DNA from: an uncultured Desulfarculus sp.
Lineage (GTDB): Bacteria; Desulfobacterota; Desulfarculia; Desulfarculales; Desulfarculaceae
Direction of reading: 5' to 3'
Assembly (NCBI GenBank): GCA_963665125.2
Contig: CAXXUK010000002.1
Coordinates: 224,001 to 288,000, forward strand
DNA: 64,000 nt
In this document: positions 39,885 to 49,192 of the stretch, piece by piece
Position numbering within the stretch: position 1 is the first letter of the stretch
Layout of the letters: the number at the start of each line of letters is the position of its first letter
Notes under the pieces: model-generated
The model's database searches: none
The model's input: only the letters and a program-made list of their open reading frames with translations
What the model was told of the DNA's origin: nothing
Program-made: the position numbers and the translations under genes

Positions 39885-39996
39885 AATAAAAACAAGCAAT
39901 TAGCTGGATGGCTGTACCTTTGTGTACGGCCAGTGTTTTTGGGGGGAGGCGGGGGGGAGCGAATGGGGTTATTTCAAACGTCCGCCTCTGGTCAAA

Positions 39997-40174
39997 TTAT
40001 TCGCCAAGATAATCATGGTTGTCATGATCCGAGCCGTCCGTTAGCAGCTTAATTATGTATTCGTTCAGGCTGAGTCCCAGCGCGGCGTGCTTGGTTTTTC
40101 AGATGCATGTGGACAGCCAGAGGCACCTTGCGCACAATGATGTCCTGATATGTCGATTCGTGGATGCTGACCAT
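39997..40174 (-). pseudogene. Frameshifted ribbon-helix-helix (Arc/HicB-like) DNA-binding protein
   Basis: MVSIHESTYQDIIVRKVPLAVHMHLKNQA then, in another frame, AALGLSLNEYIIKLL; GAGGTG RBS. Confidence 0.6.
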
Positions 40175-40449
40175 CTCATCACCTCTTCAACCATAAACCC
40201 ACCTGCCCTAATGACAGCCCTATTGCCTTGGTGATAGTGACATAAAGGTGGCACATATAATGTGACGATCCAGCGAACAGAGCTATTACTTTGGCCATAT
40301 ATTGGCAGAGACAGACTGTATTTCGCATCCAGGACAGTCGGATAGTGTCACATCATGTGCCAATTTTTGTCATAACGCGATGATTATGAAGTTCCCCTGA
40401 AATTGTGGACACCTCGAAAAGCATGATATGAATTGCTTGGAGGTGTTGA

Positions 40450-40746
40450 ATGGGCAACAGACGCAGGAGTTATAGCCGGGAGTTCAAGATTGAAGCCGTG
40501 GGCTTGGTCACCGAGGGAAGTTTGAGCATTTCCCAGGCGGCCAGGGACCTTGGCATCAGCCAGACCGTGCTGGGCCGCTGGAAAAAGCAGTTCGAAGCAG
40601 GCCCTGAGCAGGCCTTCCCAGGCAAGGGCAATTTAAAGCCGCAAGATGAGGAGCTAGCCCATCTGAGACGCGAACTGGCCATTGTACGCCAGGAGCGTGA
40701 CATATTAAAAAAAGCCATCGGCATCTTCTCGCGGATGCCAAAATGA
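40450..40746 (+). CDS. IS3 OrfA (copy 2)
   Basis: HTH_Tnp_1-like; differs from copy 1 at a few residues. Confidence 0.92.
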   Translation: MGNRRRSYSREFKIEAVGLVTEGSLSISQAARDLGISQTVLGRWKKQFEAGPEQAFPGKGNLKPQDEELAHLRRELAIVRQERDILKKAIGIFSRMPK

Positions 40747-41606
40747 AGTTTCAGTTCATCAGGGATCAGAGTGAAGGATTCCAGATCAGGCGTATGTGCC
40801 GGATTTTGGAGGTGTCAGCCAGCGGGTACTACGCTTGGCTGAACCGGCCGGAAAGCAGCCGGGCGCGAGAGAACCGGAGGCTCGTTGTCGAGATCAAGGC
40901 CATTCATAAAGAAAATCGTGGCGTGTACGGAAGCCCCCGGATACAGGCGGAACTCAAGGATCGTGAAATCCATGTGAGCGAGAACCGGGTGGTTCGATTA
41001 ATGCGCGATAACGGCATCGCTGCCAAGCAGAAGAAAAAGTACAAGGCCACCACGGATTCCAATCACGGCCACCTGGCGGCCCCCAATATCCTGGGGCGGG
41101 ACTTTGAAGCGGACGGCCCTGATCAAAAATGGCTGGCTGATATAACCTACATTCCTACTCGTGAAGGCTGGCTGTACCTGGCGGCCGTCCTGGATCTTTA
41201 TTCCAAGCTGATCGTGGGCTGGTCCATGTCAAGCCGCATGACCAAAAAGCTGGTGCTCGATGCGCTGAACATGGCGGTGGACCGGCGGAAACCTGGGCCT
41301 GGGCTGATCCATCATTCAGATCAAGGACGTCAATATGCCAGCAAGGCCTACCGCAAAAAGCTGAAGTCGCACCGCATGATATGCAGCATGAGCCGCAAGG
41401 GCGACTGCTGGGATAACGCGCCCATGGAAAGCTGGTTTCATTCCCTGAAAACCGAACTGGTGGCGCATAAAGATTATCTGAGCAGGACGCAGGCCAAGGC
41501 TGACATCTTTGAGTACATCGAAGTCTTCTACAACCGCAGCCGCAAACACTCAGCTCTGGGGTACATGAACCCGGCTCAATATGAGATGATCAACATGGCT
41601 GCTTAA
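40743..41606 (+). CDS. IS3 OrfB (copy 2)
   Basis: WLADITY, HSDQGRQY, DNAPMESWFHSLKTE. Confidence 0.93.
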   Translation: MKFQFIRDQSEGFQIRRMCRILEVSASGYYAWLNRPESSRARENRRLVVEIKAIHKENRGVYGSPRIQAELKDREIHVSENRVVRLMRDNGIAAKQKKKYKATTDSNHGHLAAPNILGRDFEADGPDQKWLADITYIPTREGWLYLAAVLDLYSKLIVGWSMSSRMTKKLVLDALNMAVDRRKPGPGLIHHSDQGRQYASKAYRKKLKSHRMICSMSRKGDCWDNAPMESWFHSLKTELVAHKDYLSRTQAKADIFEYIEVFYNRSRKHSALGYMNPAQYEMINMAA

Positions 41607-41990
41607 CTACGTGTCCACAAAAATGGGGGAAGATCAGACGCTAAGTTTTTTGTGGTAGGGTCGAGATAATTACGAAGTACTTAAGGGGGCAGATCATCCC
41701 AAGCCATCTGCCGGAAGGCCAGACTGTTAACGCAATTAACGACTAGGACAGATACGTTTTGTACCAGTCAGGATGCCTATTATTTCACGTACCTTCATAG
41801 TAACTTTGAATTATCTCTCTTAACTCTTGCACTTTTTCATCAAGAATGCCAGTGAGGCAAAACGTGAAAAGACTGACAAAGAGAGCAAGCACTTTTTCGG
41901 CCAAACAATATCCTGTCGGTTTCATAGCGGCCGGATCTTTGCCAATTATTATATGCGTACGGTCAAATCGGGCTATTCCTTCACCTATTC

Positions 41991-42026
41991 CGCCGCCAAA
42001 CTGTCTAACGATTGGGGGCCACCTCT
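41991..42026 (+). mobile_element. Solo right end of IS3 element A
   Basis: 36 bp identical to 29255-29290 (CGCCGCCAAACTGTCTAACGATTGGGGGCCACCTCT). Confidence 0.85.
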
Positions 42027-42126
42027 AACAGGCCTGTCTTCAACCATGGGCATATCCCAGGGAATCAAAGACTTAGCTTGAGGCAATGTCCTTTGGCGCG
42101 GGGCAGAGGCGCCTAGGCCCTGGGCC

Positions 42127-45100
42127 CTAGAGGATATCGTCCAGGAACTTGGCGATCTGTTTTTGGCGGCTGGCGACCATGGCGGCGTATTTGCCGGAAC
42201 CGTTATAGGACTTCATGACCTTGTCGGTGTCAATGGTCGACGGGCTGCTGCCCGAGGCCGGGGTGTAGGACTGCTGCATCAAAGTGCGCAGGTGATAGGC
42301 GGCCATCATGGTGGCCATGGTCAGGTTTTCCTGAAGGTCGATGCTCTTTGGCGGCGGCACCAGGCCGTCGGCGGCCATCTCGTCGATTATGCGCAGCTTG
42401 GTGGGATGATAGATCTGGAACGGGCTGGCCGAGAGATCGTTGTCGCCCAGTATGTTGGCGTAATAGGTCTCCTGATGGCCGATGGCCAGCATGAACGTCA
42501 CGGGCACCTGATACATGTGGGCCGCGCAGTAGATGTCAAAGGCCAGGTTGCGGGCGTAGAGCTTCAGGTCGCCGGAGATGGGCATCTTGCGCTGTTTCAT
42601 GAACTGCTGGCAGCGGGTGGCGATATACGGCGACATCTGGTCCACGAACTGGTGCAGGCCCATGGCCTCCAACTCGGGCAGGGGCTTGACCTGGCCCTTG
42701 AACCACTGGGGCGGCTGCCACTGCTTTTTCAGGATGCCCAGGCTGCTGGCGTTGGCCGTCAATGCCTTGATGGCCCGGTCCGGACTCAGGCCAAGGTCCC
42801 GGTATTCGCGGTAGAGGCGGTCCATGAACAGGCTGCGTCCCCGCTCGGGCGAAGGGGCAAGCGTGGCCAGTTCCACCGCAGAGCGGGGTAGGCCTTGACT
42901 GGCCATTTCCTGGAAGATCAGCGGGTGCCGGCCGGAGATAATCTTGCTGGCGTTGACCACCGGCTCCAGTTCGGCTTCTTCCACGGTGTCACGATCGGGG
43001 AAGGCCGACCGGGCCGACAGCAGCAGGGCCCTGGGAGTCAGCCCGGCCCGGCGGGAGGCCTTGCGCAGGCGGGAGCGCTCAGCAGGGGTCATTTCGGCCT
43101 GGGGCGCGTAAAGGGGCAGAGGCCTGGGGCCGCTGGCGGTGGTGGCCGGAGCCTCGGCCTTGACCGTGGGCTCGGGCTTGGCCGCGACTTCCTCGGACCG
43201 GGTTTCGGCATCGCCGTCGGGCCCGCCGTGCACCAGTTCCACCGACGCCGGGGTCAGCCCCTCTGGGCCGCGCAAGGTGGCCTTGCTGGGATTGGATACG
43301 GAAAACAGCACCAGTCCGGTGGCCAGGCCGCCCACCAGCATAAGCTGGCCCAGGGCGCTCTTGCCGGCCTTGCCCAGACGGCGCCGGGCCTGTTGCAGGC
43401 GCTCGAACAGGCGCCGGGCCTGGGCAGGCTCCAGACCGCCCTCGGGCAGCGAGGCGCTAAGGGTGACCAGCATGCTCAACTGGGTCAGATTGTTGCGCAG
43501 GGTGTTGGCCTGATCAGCCAGTTCCAGGACCTGCCGCTCCAGGTCGTCGCCGCGCCGCCGGCCCACGGCCAGGGCCACGGACATGTCCCCGGCCAGCCTG
43601 GCCCATCCGGCGGCCTCTTGCCTGGCCGCGTCCAACTCGGCCTGAAGACCGACAATCTGTTCATTGGGCCGCACGGATGCGGCGCCAGTCCGCTCCATGG
43701 CCGCCAGGCGTTCCAGGGCCGCGTCTCGCTCGGCCGCCACCTTTTCAGCCCTTTCGTGAGCCACTTCATGGCGGGCCTTGGAGCGCTCCAGGGCGCTGCG
43801 CAGGCTGGCCAACTCCACTTCGCGGTCCTGTAGCCGGGAAAGCTCGAACTCGGCCTGGGCCTTTTCACCACGGACCCGGCCCAGCTGCTTGTGGCGCTCG
43901 AGCATCTTGCCCCGCAGCACCGAGGCCATATGGCGGCTGTTCAACAGGCGTGCCGAAAGGTCGTCGATTTGGCCCAGGGCGTCTTCCAGACGGCGGCCCA
44001 GATCACCGGCCCGGTCCTGATAGACCAGGGCGTCCTGCAATTGATCTTCGGTGCGCAGCAGCTTTTCGCGCTGGGCCCTGGCCAACATCAGCAGGCGGCC
44101 AACATTACGCTGGGCCCGGTCGATGCGTTCGTTGGCCCGTCTCAGGTCACGGCGCAGTTCGCCGGTCTCGGCGTTTTTTTGATCCAGCCTGACGGCCAGG
44201 CCTTGGCGGTCCAGGGCCATCAGCCGCAGGCTGCCGCTGAGGTCCAGGGCCACCTTTTCCAGGGGCATGTTTATGGCCTGGTTCAGCCCGCCCTCGGCCA
44301 GCCGCCGCCAACGCGTGGAGGCCTGGCGCAATCCGGCCAGACGCTCCAGGTGGACGTTGCGGCCGCTCATCTTGCGCAGGCTAACGTTGTGGGCCTTGAT
44401 GGTCATGGGCGGTTTGTTCAGGGCCACGAAAGGAATCAAACTCAAGGCGGCCTCAATCTGGTCCGCGGCCAGGCGGTCGTCGGCGGCCCGGACCTTGGCA
44501 TTGGCGGCCTTTTCCACCACCCGGCCCAGAGCCGGAGCCAGGTCCAAATGACGCATACCGCCCAGGGCCGCCACCACGGGGCGGCAAAGTCCCACCAATT
44601 GGGCCGCATAGGCGTCCAGGGCGTCGCAATCCTGCCGTAGGCCGCTGATGCCGGACGCGGCCTGGTTGACGGCGTCCCGCCCGTCCTTGACGGCCTCACG
44701 CCATGATTCCAGCAGATGCCTGGCCCTGTTCAGGCCGTCTTCCATGCCCTGGCGCAGCTTGTCCACCTCGGCCTGGGTCTGCCCGGCCTGGGGCCGCACA
44801 TCCTTGAGCATGGCCAGAAGCACCGATAGCTCGGCGGCGCATTCACCGCGCCTGTGTGCGTCCTCGGCCTGGGGCCCGCTGAGGGCGGCCACCAGGGACG
44901 GCAGTTGCAGTTCCAGGGATTCTATCTGCCGGTTGACCTTGCGCAGGGTCTTTAAAACCTCGCCGCCCCGGCGGCCCAAACGGGCCAGGCGGCCATCCAG
45001 GATGATCAGCAGCCGCTCCAGGCGCTGACGCCGCAGGTCAAGGTCTCCGGCCCTGTCCAGATCGGCCCGGACCTGTTTCAAGCGACCGGCCGGAGGCTGG

Positions 45101-45984
45101 TCAAGCTGGCCCGCCGCGCTCTCCAGCAGCCCGCCGGCCAGTTGGCTGACCTTGCGGCAGGTCAGAAGCAGGTCATCGGCCTGTTTCTGCCTTTGCCTGG
45201 CGTCGTTTAGGGCGCTGCGGGTGATCTCCAGGCGGGATGAGACATTGCTGAGCCTGGCCTGGGCCAGTTCCTCTGATCTGGCGGCGTCGCGTTCGGCCGC
45301 CATGGCCTTGTCCATGTTGGCCGAGGCCTCGGCGCGGTGTTTCTGGGCTTCCTTGAGTTCCAGACCCTGCAAGTGGGCCTTTTCCTCCAGGACCTTGCGC
45401 ATCTGTTCGGCACGTTGCCGCCGGGCGTCGGCCTGGCGCACCTGCTGCAAACCGGCCAATTTGCCGCTGCCGTCCCGGAAGCTGTTGCGTCCGGCAGGCT
45501 CCAGGCTTTTCATCCACTGGTCCAGACTGACAGCCGTGCGCCGCCATTGCCGGGCCTGGGATCGGATATTGTCCAACTCCGCCTGGCGCTGGGCCACTTC
45601 GCTTTCAGCCCGGGCCAGCACCCGGCCGAAGACCTCAAGGGATTTTTCGTGAGACTGGCGGATCTGCTGCAGGCGGGAGGCGGCCTTTTGCAGGCCCGAG
45701 GCCATCTTTTCGGCATCGGCCTCCACGGCGCGCCTGTTCCCGGATGCCGCCGAAAGGATCAGGGCCGCCTGTTCTTCGCCCACGGTCATGCCTGACAGGG
45801 CGGCGGTGCCAGGCCACAGCTCGGCAAGCCAGGCCGCCAAAGGCCTGCCCATTATTTCCGGGTTGCCCCCGCTTGTTTCGGGAGCCCCGCAGGCAAGCCA
45901 TTGCCCGGCCAGACTCTCGACCAAAGCGGTCAATTCGGCTATGCTGTCTTTGGGCTCATGCAATATCGATCCGCCTTTGACCAT
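42127..45984 (-). CDS. Large coiled-coil protein with one TM helix and a C-terminal lysozyme/SLT-like domain
   Basis: About 850 aa of A/R/L/E/Q heptad sequence, TM near residues 875-895, Pro/Ala linker, then LAIGHQET, SPFQI, SYNG motifs. Confidence 0.75.
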   Translation of the reverse strand: MVKGGSILHEPKDSIAELTALVESLAGQWLACGAPETSGGNPEIMGRPLAAWLAELWPGTAALSGMTVGEEQAALILSAASGNRRAVEADAEKMASGLQKAASRLQQIRQSHEKSLEVFGRVLARAESEVAQRQAELDNIRSQARQWRRTAVSLDQWMKSLEPAGRNSFRDGSGKLAGLQQVRQADARRQRAEQMRKVLEEKAHLQGLELKEAQKHRAEASANMDKAMAAERDAARSEELAQARLSNVSSRLEITRSALNDARQRQKQADDLLLTCRKVSQLAGGLLESAAGQLDQPPAGRLKQVRADLDRAGDLDLRRQRLERLLIILDGRLARLGRRGGEVLKTLRKVNRQIESLELQLPSLVAALSGPQAEDAHRRGECAAELSVLLAMLKDVRPQAGQTQAEVDKLRQGMEDGLNRARHLLESWREAVKDGRDAVNQAASGISGLRQDCDALDAYAAQLVGLCRPVVAALGGMRHLDLAPALGRVVEKAANAKVRAADDRLAADQIEAALSLIPFVALNKPPMTIKAHNVSLRKMSGRNVHLERLAGLRQASTRWRRLAEGGLNQAINMPLEKVALDLSGSLRLMALDRQGLAVRLDQKNAETGELRRDLRRANERIDRAQRNVGRLLMLARAQREKLLRTEDQLQDALVYQDRAGDLGRRLEDALGQIDDLSARLLNSRHMASVLRGKMLERHKQLGRVRGEKAQAEFELSRLQDREVELASLRSALERSKARHEVAHERAEKVAAERDAALERLAAMERTGAASVRPNEQIVGLQAELDAARQEAAGWARLAGDMSVALAVGRRRGDDLERQVLELADQANTLRNNLTQLSMLVTLSASLPEGGLEPAQARRLFERLQQARRRLGKAGKSALGQLMLVGGLATGLVLFSVSNPSKATLRGPEGLTPASVELVHGGPDGDAETRSEEVAAKPEPTVKAEAPATTASGPRPLPLYAPQAEMTPAERSRLRKASRRAGLTPRALLLSARSAFPDRDTVEEAELEPVVNASKIISGRHPLIFQEMASQGLPRSAVELATLAPSPERGRSLFMDRLYREYRDLGLSPDRAIKALTANASSLGILKKQWQPPQWFKGQVKPLPELEAMGLHQFVDQMSPYIATRCQQFMKQRKMPISGDLKLYARNLAFDIYCAAHMYQVPVTFMLAIGHQETYYANILGDNDLSASPFQIYHPTKLRIIDEMAADGLVPPPKSIDLQENLTMATMMAAYHLRTLMQQSYTPASGSSPSTIDTDKVMKSYNGSGKYAAMVASRQKQIAKFLDDIL

Positions 45985-46018
45985 GCCCCATGTGGGTTAA
46001 CAAGGAGGGGCTTTAAGA

Positions 46019-46516
46019 ATGATTGCAAATAAATCCCGTATTGTCAACATGTTAACATGCATAACTCTGGCCGGGGCGGCTGTTTTGCTGCTTGCGGGCC
46101 TAACTTTCGCCGCCTTGAAGCCTTTTGTCATCGATCAGCCCAAGGAAGCGGCCCAACTACGCCTGCTGCCCTCCGACGCCTGGGGGGCTTCCCAGGATGA
46201 CGGCGGCAACATGTTGTTGAAGCTGGCCTACATCCGGGGCATGGTCGACGCCTTGGCTTACACCCACCTGGCGCCCAAAGCCAGCGCCGAGGTCCTGCCC
46301 CAATTGTCGGGCATGGACCTGAACGAGGTGGCCGCCGCGGTGGACGCCTATTACGCCGCCGACGCCAAGCACCGCCAGTTGCCGCCCGCCGCGGTGATCA
46401 TGCGCATTCTGCCCAAGCAGAAGGGCTCCACCAGGCGTAGCGATCTGCCCGCCCTGGATGCCCCGGCCCCGGATGATTCCTGGGTCGATGTAAACAAGCA
46501 GCAGGACAAGCCCTGA
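46019..46516 (+). CDS. Exported hypothetical protein
   Basis: GGAGG RBS, signal peptide, LAYIRGMVDAL...AVDAYY helical domain. Confidence 0.7.
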   Translation: MIANKSRIVNMLTCITLAGAAVLLLAGLTFAALKPFVIDQPKEAAQLRLLPSDAWGASQDDGGNMLLKLAYIRGMVDALAYTHLAPKASAEVLPQLSGMDLNEVAAAVDAYYAADAKHRQLPPAAVIMRILPKQKGSTRRSDLPALDAPAPDDSWVDVNKQQDKP

Positions 46517-46645
46517 ATAGCGGCATTTACCCTTGCCGTTTGGCGCAATGTCGGGTATAAATGCCATCTCTGAACTATTCGGCACATAATGATAAACACT
46601 TGAATGCGGTCTTCACCGGCCGCGGTCAAGACCGAGGGTTGTTAC

Positions 46646-46738
46646 ATGGGTAGCGTAATTAAAAAGCGCCGCAAGAAGATTCGCAAGCACAAGCACCGCA
46701 AACTGCTGAGGCGCACCCGTCACCAGCGCCGCAAATAA
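46646..46738 (+). CDS. bS22/AURKAIP1-COX24 (DUF1713) small basic ribosomal-protein-like microprotein
   Basis: MGSVIKKRRKKIRKHKHRKLLRRTRHQRRK; GAGG RBS; too short for the ORF track. Confidence 0.92.
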   Translation: MGSVIKKRRKKIRKHKHRKLLRRTRHQRRK

Positions 46739-46884
46739 GCGGTAGCGGGCGGCTCCGCCGCCCCTGCACATTCAAACACCTGACCCGAGCCCAAACCACC
46801 GGAGCCTTTGCCCCGTGTTTCAAGGGTTTCGGGTTTCGTGTTGCCTGAATTCCGTACTTCGGAATATTCGCGGCCACACCCGCG

Positions 46885-46919
46885 AAAAACAGAGGCCGCG
46901 CCTAATGGCGCGGCCTCTG
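46885..46919 (-). terminator. Intrinsic terminator after FKBP gene
   Basis: CAGAGGCCGCGCC-TAAT-GGCGCGGCCTCTG perfect stem with adjacent A5. Confidence 0.8.
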
Positions 46920-46942
46920 GCGTATGAAATTTCTTCGGGCGT

Positions 46943-47665
46943 CTACTTGGCCTTGGGCTCCTGGGGCTTGGCGGCGGGCTGGAAGTCCACCAACTCGACC
47001 TCGAAGACCAGGGTGGAGCCGGGGCCGATTAGGGGACCGGCCTGGCGATCGCCATAGGCCAATTCCGGAGGCAGAATGATCTCCCACTTGGAACCCTTGG
47101 GCATCTGCTGCAGGGCCTTGCTCCAGCCGGGAATCACCCTGTCAAGGGGCAGGGCAGCCGGGCCGCCGCGGCCCTCGGAGGAATCAAACACAGTGCCGTC
47201 GACCAGCTTGCCGGTGTAATTGACCTTCACAACGTCCGTGGGGCCGGGTTTGTCGCCCTTGCCGGCCTGGAGTTCGCGGTACATCACGCCGTCGGGCATG
47301 GTCTTGACGCCGTCCTTCTTGGCGTATTCGGCCCGGAAAGCGTCGCCCTTTTTCTTATTCTCGGCCACTTGGGTCTTCATTTTGGCTTCGTGCTCGGCCA
47401 TGAGCTTGGTCCGCAGCTCGTTCATGGCGTCGGCCATTTCCTTTTCGCTCATCACGGCCTTTTCGCCGGCCAGGCCGGCCTTCATGCCGATCAGGAACTT
47501 GTCCGGAGCGATGTCGATGCCCTCGGTCTTCATATCCGAGCCGAACTGGTGTCCGATAATATAGCTGATTTTGTCTTCCAGAGTCTTGAACTGGGGTTTA
47601 TCCGCGGCCAAGGCCCACCCGGCCGTCAGGCTAAGCGCCACCAGAACCATGATCACTTTTTTCAT
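46943..47665 (-). CDS. FKBP-type peptidyl-prolyl isomerase (FkpA/Mip-like)
   Basis: Signal peptide, KISYIIG, VNYTGKLVDGTVFDSS, VIPGW, LAYG, LVFEVEL. Confidence 0.95.
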   Translation of the reverse strand: MKKVIMVLVALSLTAGWALAADKPQFKTLEDKISYIIGHQFGSDMKTEGIDIAPDKFLIGMKAGLAGEKAVMSEKEMADAMNELRTKLMAEHEAKMKTQVAENKKKGDAFRAEYAKKDGVKTMPDGVMYRELQAGKGDKPGPTDVVKVNYTGKLVDGTVFDSSEGRGGPAALPLDRVIPGWSKALQQMPKGSKWEIILPPELAYGDRQAGPLIGPGSTLVFEVELVDFQPAAKPQEPKAK

Positions 47666-47878
47666 AGTCACTCCAAAGTCAATGTTTGAACCTGATGTCT
47701 ACCACAGGCCCCAATCAACGCGCAAAACAATTCAGCGCAATGCTTGCGCACCCATATCGGGAGGCCGGGCGCGGCGCCTCGGGCCGGGGATGGGCCGAGA
47801 TGCAAGTAGGCAAAAACTACTGAGCCCCTTGGCCGGCAAAGGCCAGGGGGGCTCGTCAATTTTCCGGACAAGGGCTTG

Positions 47879-49192
47879 CTAGGCCAAACCCATGCGCTGT
47901 TCGATGAAGCGGATCTCTTGATCCAGTTTGGTTTCCTGGTTCTTTTCGCGGTCGATCTTGTCCACGCCATACATCACAGTGGCGTGATCCCGGTTGAAAA
48001 CGCCGCCAATGGTCTTGAAAGAGGCGTCCGTATGGCGGCGGCACAGATACATGGCCACGTTGCGGGGCCTGGTGTGGATCTTTTTGCGCGACTTGCCGGT
48101 CAGGGTTTCCTGGTTCAGGCCATAGGCCTTGGCCACCTCGGCCAGAATTCGTTCCGGGCTCAGGCGGCGCAACTCGCAGGAAATCTGCCCCGCCACCTCG
48201 GCCGCCAGCTTGATGTCCATTGGTCTGGAGGTCAGCGAACTCTTGGCCAGCATGCCGCTGAGGGCCGACAACAGGCGCCGGATGTCGGTGGTGATGGTCT
48301 CGGCCAAATATTCCAGGGGCTCCAGGGGGGCCACCACGCCCAGGGCTCGGGCCTCACGCTGGAGGATCTTGACCCTGGTGGAGTGGTCCGGCGGCTCGAT
48401 GGGCACGGTGATGCTCGAATCGAGCCGGGACAGCAAACGCCCGCCCAAGCCCTTTATCTGGGATGGAGCGGTGTGGCCGGTGAAGATGACCCTCTTGCCC
48501 GCGTTGACCAGGGCGTCGAGGGTGAACACCAGCTCTTCCTGGGTCTTGTCCTTTCCGGCCAGGAAAGGCACGTCTTCCATCAACAGCACGTCGCAACAAC
48601 GGCGGAAGCGGTCCTTGAAGCGGTCCATGGATTTTTTGCGCAAGGCGCTGATCATCTGGTTGGCAAAGTCTTCGGCTGTCAAATAAGTGACCCGCAGGCC
48701 CTTGTCGTCACCCAATACGTGGTGGCCCACGGCCTGGGTCAGGTGGCTTTTACCAAGGCCGGTTGGCGACACCAGGTACAGGGAGCTGGCGAACAGGTTG
48801 CGGCCCTGAGCCAGGGCTCTGGCCGCGGCGCAAGCGTATTCGTTGCCGCCGCCGGCGACAAAATTTTCAAAACGGAACCGGGCGTTGAGTTGGGGCGCGC
48901 CAGAGGCGATCTTTGGCAACTCCATCTGCCGGGGAAGGTTTCGCGCGACATCGAGGCTCACTCTCAGGTCCGGGTCAATCTGCCGGGCTAGCTGGCGGAG
49001 CCGGGGTAGATAATGATCTCGCACCCAGGTGCGGTGGAATGCGTTGGGACAACTCAACGTCAGCCCGCCTTTCTCCTCGTCGACGGGGCGCATGGGCTCC
49101 ACCCAGAGCTTGAACTCTTCGGGATCAATGCTCTGACAAAGCTGTTCACGCAATATGTTCCACTTGGCGAAGGACAACAATATCTCTCCCAA
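47879..49192 (-). CDS. dnaA: DnaA-family replication initiator (divergent paralogue, not linked to dnaN)
   Basis: Domain I (CPNAFHRTW), FENFV.G..N, Walker A SPTGLGKSHL, Walker B LLMEDV, LSRL, domain IV RNVAMYL...RDHATV; start may be TTG 49180/49177. Confidence 0.9.
   Translation of the reverse strand: MGEILLSFAKWNILREQLCQSIDPEEFKLWVEPMRPVDEEKGGLTLSCPNAFHRTWVRDHYLPRLRQLARQIDPDLRVSLDVARNLPRQMELPKIASGAPQLNARFRFENFVAGGGNEYACAAARALAQGRNLFASSLYLVSPTGLGKSHLTQAVGHHVLGDDKGLRVTYLTAEDFANQMISALRKKSMDRFKDRFRRCCDVLLMEDVPFLAGKDKTQEELVFTLDALVNAGKRVIFTGHTAPSQIKGLGGRLLSRLDSSITVPIEPPDHSTRVKILQREARALGVVAPLEPLEYLAETITTDIRRLLSALSGMLAKSSLTSRPMDIKLAAEVAGQISCELRRLSPERILAEVAKAYGLNQETLTGKSRKKIHTRPRNVAMYLCRRHTDASFKTIGGVFNRDHATVMYGVDKIDREKNQETKLDQEIRFIEQRMGLA

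Larger units (their letters stand above)
40387..41636 (+). mobile_element. IS3-family element B, copy 2 (intact)
   Basis: TGAAGTTCCCC...GGGGAAGATCA IRs; orfA/orfB intact. Confidence 0.94.

Noticed and set aside
37765..41750. Shared 11-mer CGACTAGGACA near two IS3 flanks (about 37765 and 41740)
   Set aside because: Too short, with no extended similarity; likely chance
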